Shown here one piece after another: positions 54,923 to 64,000 of a DNA stretch of 64,000 nucleotides. A program made the position numbers and the translations under genes. Source of the DNA: Eledone cirrhosa (Eukaryota); the NCBI GenBank assembly GCA_964016885.1, contig OZ024742.1, forward strand, positions 95,914,001-95,978,000, read 5' to 3'. How positions within the stretch are numbered: the first letter of the stretch is position 1; each line of letters starts with the position of its first letter. A model generated the notes under the pieces. The model saw only the letters and a program-made list of their open reading frames with translations. It had not been told where the DNA came from and did no database searches.

Positions 54923-55442
54923 TATAACGGCGGTGAAGATTCGAAACCGAATCTGAGCTTTCCCGCCTCTGGGACAAGCCGTGGTAACTTGTTTACGCTC
55001 AAGAGGCTAACCCCTTGGGAGAGGCTAAACATAGGTCAGAGGTGTTTATGCCTGACAGAAAATAGGTCAGAGGATATATCCATCTTTCTGACTTGTTTAC
55101 GCTTGGCAAACTAATCCCTTGGGAGACTAACCAAAGTTCAGAGGATATATCTATCCTTCTAACTTCAACTCTTATAAATACAGGGATTGTTTACGCCTCG
55201 AATAGAAAAGAAGTGATATACAGACAAGACAAGTCGCATTTAGAAGCTCTCGTCACGAAAAACCAGTCTGCCACTTATTCTCACCTTCCTGGCTGATCGC
55301 TGACTCCTGCAATACAAGCACACACGCATTCATAGTGAGTTCAGCAATTGTACAAGCACCATTCATTTCTGTTTACACATATTATAATCGTATTCTTTGA
55401 TACTTGAATTTACGTGGCTCGAAGAGCCACCAAATTATTATA
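54923..55442 (+). mobile_element. Possible solo LTR
   Basis: Less AT-rich block, internal direct repeat ACTTGTTTACGCT..CCCTTGGGAGA..TCAGAGG, TATAAATA box; termini and TSD unclear. Confidence 0.35.
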
Positions 55443-56177
55443 GAAAAGTATAATGATTAAACATAAAAATACTGAAGGTATTGATAATAGCCAAAGTAAT
55501 AATAATAATGATAACATTAATAGTAATGGTTATATATTCAGGCTTATACATAAGGATGGGTGACCCATGTAGATGCATGCATAGATAAAGATATAGTGTA
55601 TAAACATTATACACACATGTATACATGTATACATATATGCGCACATGCAGATGCTCACACAAATGTATACATGCACATATATATACTAGCATATATAAAC
55701 ATACACATCCATATAAATATATACAAATACATTCAATACATATGTACATACATAAACAGGTGCATACACATACTTACATATAACATGCATGATATCTATA
55801 TATGTGTGTGTGTATATATATATATATATATACTTACATGTGTCTGTGCATATGTTTATATATATATATTTTTGCTTGTGAGTGTTTCACTATATACCAG
55901 TCAACCATATGTGTAAGATTGAAAGATATCAGATCTAGGATTAACATTTAACAGATTAATATTGTTTCAGATCAACAGATGTAAAGACCAAATGTAAAGA
56001 CTGTTAATTACCTATGTGTGTTTTTGTGTGTGGTGCTGTTCATATATTTTTGAATATGGACATGCATACATATATATTAATCTCTGTGTTTATGCATATA
56101 TATATATGTATGATATGTATCAAGAAAAACGAATGTTAAACGATAGAGATGTCTGTGTACATATATATATATATATA

Positions 56178-56209
<32 letters not shown>

Positions 56210-56299
56210 CGTATATATATATATACACACACACACACACATATATACATATATATTTAACCCGTGCTAGTGTAGAAAATGGACGTTAAACGAAGATGA

Positions 56300-56340
<41 letters not shown>

Positions 56341-56419
56341 CAAAGAATTGTGGTAAGGAACCAGATGGACCATAATGCACCAGAGTACTCAATACTTAGG
56401 GTAGTAGAGTGGGAAATAG

Positions 56420-56518
56420 GAAAAAGTATGTCCCCGACGGCAGAGCTCAAGCCGTTTCGACGGCTATTTCTGGACCGTCGAAACGGCTTGAGCTCTGCCG
56501 TCGGGGTCATACTTTTTC
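56420..56518. repeat. GC-rich hairpin (44-bp arms, 1 mismatch, 11-nt loop) built from the 3' half of a hammerhead
   Basis: GACGG-loop-CCGUC-GAAAC-GGC..GCC-GUC-GGGG. Confidence 0.85.
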
Positions 56519-56569
56519 TTACATATATATATATATATAAATATTTTGGGTATATGTTGGTTGTTTCTC

Positions 56570-56792
56570 GACATGATTCCAGTTCCTCAGAGGACTAACA
56601 ACACACCCAGGAGCTGGACATATCGATGAATTGACAGAGTGGAACACAGTTCAACATGTGTACCTGTCTTTTCCACACCAATTTGGACTGCCTGAAGAAG
56701 TCACAGCCAATAATAGCTGTCACCGAAATATATATACCAGAAAATCTGTAATTTATAATAAATGTAGCCAAATTTTACATGTTTGACTTACT

Positions 56793-56797
<5 letters not shown>
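56570..56797 (+). mobile_element. Family-C pLTR fragment with HHR at 56688-56740
   Basis: Homologous to 26840-27065; CUGAAGA..ACAGC/GCUGU..GAAA UAUAUA UA. Confidence 0.8.
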
Positions 56798-56863
<66 letters not shown>

Positions 56864-57470
56864 TATACATATATATATATACACACACACACACATATAT
56901 ATATACAAACACATATATATGAATATATATATATATATACACACACATATATATGAATACATATATATGTATATATATATATATATGTGTATATATATAC
57001 ACACACACACATATACATATATACACACACACACGTGTGTGTGTGCTTGTTTGTGCGTGTGTCATCATCATCATCTTCGTTTAACGTCCCTCTTCCACGC
57101 TAACATGGGTGTGTTTACGTATTTCTGAATGCGTGCGTAAATCTAAGTATATAGGTGTGTTTGTGGATGTAAGTTGGCACACTTGGCACTCATCAAACAT
57201 GTCTTAATATATGTGCTTATCTAATTCATCTTCAGTAGATATCTAATTACTAATTTTAATTATAAATTATGACGTTGGCAAAGTTCATCCATATTCATTA
57301 ATGTTAACATAAATGATTAAAAAAGAAAAATTTAGTCTAAGATATAAATACAAACAAAATATAGTAAGACTGGTTACCGATATTATCTATTTTACATGTT
57401 TAAAGATTTTGTTGGAGTGGATAACAGTTTTTATTATTATCACAATTTAACATACATTTTCCATGCTTGC

Positions 57471-57548
<78 letters not shown>

Positions 57549-57553
<5 letters not shown>

Positions 57554-59975
57554 GATGAGACAGTAAACAAAAAACAAAAAAATGACGTGGTAGCGAAGAG
57601 GCAGTACAAATATTATTAGTTTCACCCGGTTGAATGCTAAAGGAGGAGGGGTGGGGAGTTCACGTCCCTTTACAATCTGAGTTCAAATCCCGCCGAGGTT
57701 GACTTTGCCTTTCATCCTTAGGACGTCGATAAAATAAAGTACCAGTAATGCACTGGGTAATTGCTGGCCTTGTGCCTAAAGTAGAAACAATTATTAGTTT
57801 CATAAATAAAGTACCAGTAATGTACTGGGTAATTGCTGGCCTTGTGCCTAAAGTAGAAACAATTATTAGTTTCACCCTTGAGAGTGTGGGGTGGGGGACG
57901 ACGTTTCGGGCATAAGCCTTTCATCGGGAGAAAAGTGGGTAGGAAGAGAGTTCCGAGGATGTGTGGGGGAAGGAGTGGAAAGACATTAAAAGTATTGGTT
58001 AAAAAAAAGTGGGGAGAGAAAAGGGTGGAAAAAAATTAAAAATAAAAGGAACAAGTGGTGAAAGGGTCTGAGGCACGTAGGGGTGCAGAGGGTAGTGGTA
58101 GGCAGGGTGTCGGAGCGAGGAGGGCTGTAGTTGTTGTGTGCGTTTGTGTGTAGGTGTACGTGTGTGTGTGTGTGAATGTGAGAGTTGGGGGAAGAACGAG
58201 GTTCCATGTTTGGGTAATAGGGAAGCCGGTGTGTACATGGGGTGAGGTGTAAGTCGGTGTGTGCGTGGATGGAAAGGGGGCGTGTGGATTCCGGAGGCTG
58301 AGTGTGTGTATGTGAGGATACGCACGTGTGTGTGTTTATATATGGTATGGATGTAGGGTGGCGTGGTGTGAAAATAGTGTAGGGGTTTGTGTGTGTGTGT
58401 GTTCCTGGGGTTTTTCCACGGATTGTAAGACCAGATGTTGGAGATTCTGAGAGTGGCAGGATGGATAGCTGGAGCAATGGACCAGTGGTGTAAAATCCTG
58501 ATAGGGTAGTGAAGAAGTGGTGAGTTGTGAGGTGAGCGCGCAACAGGAAGTGGTCAGAGGGTCAACGCAGGGCGAAGGAGGTGGGAGGAAGCGGATAACA
58601 GTAGGGAGATGACAGCATGCAGTAGTGAGGAGGCTGACAGGTATAGAGCTAGTCTGTATGTGGATTGAAGCGCAGGCCTCTACTTAGGAGTGTGAGTTCA
58701 GGTCCGGAGAGGGTGGTCAGGAGGTATGGTGACAACTCGTGGGAGTGGGGTTAGGTGGGGGTGAGAAGGGGTGGAGGGGGAGATTGGGGTAGGGTTGTGA
58801 GACGGGGAGGGTGTGGGGTTTGGGGCTGGTGGGGGAAGATGGTGGTGGGAAGAGTGAGTGTAGCTTAAGGGCTTTGGTGGAGGTGAGGAAGGAGAAGAGG
58901 TCGTGGTTGAGGTTTTGGATGAAGAGAAAGATGGAGTGGGCGAGGAGTGGGTGGAACGCGGAGTTGAGGCGGAGGTGGATGGGGTGGGGCCAGTTTGTGG
59001 TCGAGGTTGCAGATGGTGCGGAGGGAGGAGCGGGTGAGGATACGTTGGGTGGAGGGGGAAGCGGACGAGGTGTGGAAGTGCTGTCGGAAGCCAAGGAGGA
59101 TGAGGTGGAGGCAGCGGCTGAGGAAATGGATGTGGCTGGAATGCCGGGTTTTGGCGAAGAGGAGATAGGAGAGGTGGAGGGTCGAAGGGAGATAGCTGGG
59201 TGAGAGCTGGTGGGTGAGTAAATGTTTAAGGCGGGTGTGGAGTTGGTGGAAAAAGATTTCAGGCTGGGCATGGTGGGTGCGTAGTGTAAAGCAAGGGGGC
59301 GGTGAAAGAGAGGAGATGTGTGTGGTGCGAGGGGAAAGTGGAACGAAAGGGGTGAGTGCAAATAGGATAAACAGAGACGGGGGAGGAAAGGGGATGGAAA
59401 AATCAATACAAAATTATCATAAACAGGTGAAAATATAAACAGAAAATCATAAACAAAAAATCCTAAGCAGAAAATAAACAAATAAAATAAAATAATAAAA
59501 AATAATAAAATAGAAAAGTAATTTTCAAATGAACAGAAAATCGGAGACTGAAAGAGAAAAGGTTTTGTGGGAGAGTTTGGGGAAAAGTGCAGAAGTTGGT
59601 CACGGCGAATTAAATCGGGGTTGAGCCGGTGGTGGAAGGTGGTACTCCACGGTTGCGTAGAAGCCGTGTATGCGTGTATATATATTTTAAAGTTGAGACA
59701 GTAAACAGAAAACAAAAAAAACAACGTGGAAGCGAAGAGGCAGTACAAATGTTATTATTAGTTTCACGCTTGAGAGTGGGGGTGGGGGCGTTTCGGGCAT
59801 AAGCCTTTCATAAGGGGAAAAGTGGGCAGGACGAGAATTCTGAGCGGTGGAAAAACATTAAAAAAGTTGGTAAAAAAAGCGGCGGTGAGAAAAGGGAGGA
59901 AATATACATATAGAAATATGTGTGCAAGTGTGTGTGTGTATGAGTGGTTGGATGTGGCTGGGTATGTGTGCATCT
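57549..59975 (-). mobile_element. Internally deleted Poseidon-type Penelope element with two direct pLTRs
   Basis: pLTR copies at ~57549-57930 and ~59690-59830 with HHR-like GGCTTATGCCCGAAAC; N-terminal ORF remnant RHSSHIHFLSRC..LNHDLFSFLTSTKALKL; 3' region homologous to 2100-2700. Confidence 0.75.
57661..57867 (+). mobile_element. Family-A SINE with duplicated 3' end, inserted in the pLTR
   Basis: TSD ATTATTAGTTTCACCC at 57612-57627 and 57862-57877. Confidence 0.85.
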
Positions 59976-60776
59976 ATATATATATAATAAGAATGTGTCT
60001 AGCTCAATGCGTGAATAAAGTCAACAGCATGCAGGAATCCAAGTCAAAGGTATACTCCAAAGGGTTAAGATACTGTTAGATGAATATAGTGTAAGCCACA
60101 GGGGAGTTTATATCGTGATGATGTCCTTTTTATATTAGTAAGAATAGTAGAAATCTAGAAACAAACAAGAAATACCTACACAGATTTTTAAAAGAACTAT
60201 ACAAACCTTTTCATAAGCCTGGTGAACAGCCTTTCTATGTTAATAATATATCTAATCACTCTAAATCCATATGTAAATCCATAGTAAACAACATATCTAA
60301 CAGAATTCTTAGACTTTCTTCCAAAGGCATTATTTTTTACCAGTGAGTGCACTATCAAAATTAGGCATTAGTTCGATCAGGCTATAATGAAAAAGCCTGT
60401 ATAACATGAATCCTAATATGAGAAACCGAAATTCCAATGTTATCTCTATGCTATGTCTCCACCAAAATCTAGCGCAAACATAAATTTTACACCCAGTCGG
60501 ATGGGGACATCTCCCACCCAATTTGGGGTAAGTGAGAGATGTCCTCTCTTGTGAAAATTGGTATTGCTTTCATTATGTAAAATCTCCCAATTTTGGGGCA
60601 ATTTTTTTTAATGATCCTAGATGGAACAATAAAACATCGAAGTCAGCACATTGTACTTATACAGTTAATTTTAAACATTATGCTTATATGAATAACATAA
60701 AAGTAATCAAAGATACACCTCGACGAGTTAACTATAGTAACAATAATAATAACCAAACAAAATCAAATACTGACTA

Positions 60777-60956
60777 TAATTGTTTCTACTTTAGGCACAA
60801 GGCCAGCAATTACCCAGTGCATTACTGGTACTTTATTTTATCGACCCCGTAAGGATGAAAGGCAAAGTCAACCTCGGCGGGATTTGAACTCAGATCGTAA
60901 AGGGACGTAACTATGCTGGAAAGCATGGCGTCCGACTCTCTACCGATACTGCCAAT
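60777..60956 (-). mobile_element. Family-A SINE
   Basis: Near-consensus copy. Confidence 0.9.
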
Positions 60957-61725
60957 TCACAATGCTGGCCAGCCGCAGGTGTGAGTCTCACGGGTTGGAA
61001 TGGCTCTTCAAACGTATCTCCCTTACCATCCTCAGGGTAAACGCCTTCTCCATTCTGTCCGCCGGGGCTGTGGGGAGACCATCAATATGATTACTTAACC
61101 TTTTCATTACCATATTTCTAATTCAAGGTTGTCCCTAATGAGGTTCTGTTTAAATATTCTTATTAAATATTAATTAGTCTCTAATACTTAAAAGTCTCAA
61201 TGACCTATAATGACCATAACAATAGACATGTCAAAGTAAGGCCCGAAAATTATCCCAAACTTAACTAATCCAAACACTAACAACCATAAATCTTTTAGCC
61301 CCTCTATGTATAAAAAAAAAGGTATCTTGTAAAAATAATAATTAACTGAACATTAGTTCCCCACCAGTTCTAGATAATTCTCAAACCAGAGGTAAAACAT
61401 CTAATCGTAGTAGGAGGCCTATTATATGGTTTAATCCACAGATTGGTAAACAGGTGGCTTCAAATATATCAAAACCTTTTTCAACATACTCGTGAACTTT
61501 CCCAAATCAAATAAATACCATAAGTTACTTTAAAATTGCAATAAAAATATCATATCAACCACTCCTAATCTAGCTGACTATTTAACTTCTAGTAATAACA
61601 TGAAACTCAAAAATATAATAGGACATCTGACAATCTATAATATAATAAAGGGACGAGTGCGGGACAGAGTCTGTTTTCATTTTTTTTTTATCCCGTTAGT
61701 AAAATAAGTTGGATTACTTTGAATA

Positions 61726-61899
61726 AATAATTGTTTCTACAAGGCCAGCAATTATCACAGTGTATTACTGGTACTTTATTTTATCGACCCCATAAGGATG
61801 AAAGGCAAAGTTAACCTCAGCGGGATTTGAACTCAGACTATAAAGGGCCGTAACTCTTTGCTGCAAAGCATGGCGTCAGACCCTCTACCGATACTGCCA
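61726..61899 (-). mobile_element. Family-A SINE
   Basis: Matches the family consensus. Confidence 0.85.
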
Positions 61900-63257
61900 T
61901 GTAATTTATCTACTAAATTTCGTAGCTCTTCATTAAACATAAAGTATTGCTTATTTTAACATTCACTTCTTTAAATTTTTCAAATGTTAACACTTCCTGT
62001 TAACGTCCGTTATATCATAACATTCATCACATCGCTTATATAAACGTTCATATATTTGTATCGTTATATAAGGTTTATATTTCTGTCGCTAATTTTCTCC
62101 TTTTTCATAGCATTTTAGTTTATCATATATGCAGTTTATATATAATATTGTCTTCTTTTAATGTATCATGGATTACGTTACTGATTACGGAAGAGAGTGT
62201 AACACAGACTTCGTTCAATTTCTGTGCATATTGTCAATTACGATTTTATTTGACGTATCATATCTATATGCATATATATTTGCGTATAATATCAATATGG
62301 ACACTACACATGCTAGCAGAAAACCACCGAATGGTGGTTTTTCTGCTAGTTCTCATAATACAAGCTGTACAAATACATCAATGCATTTAAACCGTGCTTA
62401 CGTAGAACCACTAATCATCATCCACATTCTAATTTAGTAAGGAACTAAAGAGGTAGCTGCAACTGTAGAAACCCTGTGACTTGCCCCCTTAATTGATACA
62501 TACTTAGAATAGCCCAGGCATTCTGGTTTGGAAACAGTAGCTGTAATGTGTGTCTCATCGAATGCTTTTTAATAATTAAATCTCATTCACCAAACTTAAA
62601 CAGTAAATCCGAAATTCTCTCTAATTTCCTACATAAGAATTCATATTCTTTTTATTATAGTAAATATGACCCTACTTATTATATTATAGTAACCTATTAT
62701 GCCCTTCTTCCTTTTTCTTGGTTGCTTCTATCTAATCTTACACCTACGGGTTATAAATCAAACGTTACTAATAATTATACCATATCACTTAAATTTCATA
62801 ATAGGCGATTGAACTCATAGTAAAAGTCTTATCTACATAACAGTTAATCGGGAACACATCCTACTTGCTGACACATGAATTATTATTAGTATTCATTCTA
62901 TATTAGAATTATAGGACCTTGTTAATTTATCAGCGCATCCAGCTTTGTACTTCCTCCTATATAATCGCCTGTTATAACCATTAAGTGTGTATCTGAAATA
63001 TTTAAATTCATTCATGTAAGTTACTTAATATGAGATTTAAATACAATAATTAAGGACACTACTTCTTTCCATTCCTTTACATTCTCTCTTATGCCTCCCC
63101 CACTGGTGATTAATTGTTATTAACAAGTAACTCGTTAAGTCTATCAAAGATATTATAATATCTACATACTTATGTATAATCTATTACTGCAATGAGAGCT
63201 CGCATAAACGACAGTCCTGTAATATGTATTTACTACACAGTCATTTAACCGATCATG

Positions 63258-63624
63258 GATTGGCAGTATCGGTAGAGGGTCGGACGCCATGCTTTCCAGC
63301 ATAGTTACGTCCCTTTACGATCTGAGTTCAAATCCCGCCGAGGTTGACTTTGCCTTTCATCCTTACGGGGTCGATAAAATAAAGTACCAGTAATGCACTG
63401 GGTGATTGCTGGCCTTGTGCCTAAAGTAGAAACAATTATTTATGAATTGGCAGTATCGGTAGAGGGTCAGACATGCTTTCCAGCATAGTTACGTCCCTTT
63501 ACGATCTGAGTTCAAATCCCGCCGAGGTTAACTTTGCCTTTCATCCTTATGAGGTCGATAAAATAAAGTACCAGTAATGTACTGAGTAATTGCTGGCCTT
63601 GTGCCAAAAGTAGAAACAATTATT
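63258..63624 (+). mobile_element. Two tandem family-A SINEs (63258-63440, 63447-63624)
   Basis: A and B boxes, Meta-like core, ATT tails. Confidence 0.9.
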
Positions 63625-64000
63625 TAATGAGGGCACTGTAAATATCACGCTGATCTGATATTTCACATTGCACTATAACGGAAGTTTTGTTCATATATCA
63701 ACTCGTGTTTGCCATTATATGCGGAGGTTACAACACAAAGATAAATATTTCATGGGTTACTTTCAGAAAATAACTCTGCACATAATATTTCACCTTATTA
63801 ATACCAGTTATCCAGTTATGGTATAACAGCATTTTTGTTTATATGTCACCACTTTCTTGGGTTATATATGAAAAATCAGTGTGAGTAAAATGTTCATGTT
63901 TACAAGTAATTTAAATATTATTGTTATTTCAATCTGCGTATTTCATTTTTTTAACAATAAGCTTCTTTACTGTGAAACTTTACCTTTAATACTTATATTA

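Larger units (their letters stand above)
60190..62500 (+). pseudogene. Highly degenerate Naiad-type Penelope relic interrupted by SINEs
   Basis: LYKPFHKPGEQPFYVNNISNHSKSICKSIVNNISNRI (~60200), RRPIIWFNP (~61410), FPKSNKYHKL (~61500), SCNCRNPVTCPL (~62455). Confidence 0.7.

Overview
AT-rich eukaryotic (metazoan) DNA made almost entirely of (TA)n microsatellites and transposon debris. The mix of RTE LINEs, tRNA-derived CORE- and Meta-type SINEs and very long (TA)n tracts resembles an octopus/cephalopod intron or intergenic region; this is an inference. No host protein-coding gene could be supported, apart from one weak candidate exon. Recognisable elements: a CR1/L2-type LINE split by a solo-LTR-like insert, several Penelope-like elements (Poseidon-type and Naiad-type), a near-intact RTE LINE (1002-aa ORF), other LINE fragments, an internally deleted mariner, a non-autonomous Helitron, a Gypsy relic and many SINEs. 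The main signal not visible in the ORF track is about 20 type I hammerhead-ribozyme (HHR) motifs, read by eye, from several unrelated non-coding families. One is a 400-433-bp head-to-tail tandem unit resembling a non-LTR retrozyme. Almost every long palindrome in the window consists of two divergent HHR-bearing arms with 3' ends pointing outward into (TA)n, and several inversion junctions fall on ribozyme helices. Coordinates were counted manually and may be off by a few bases.
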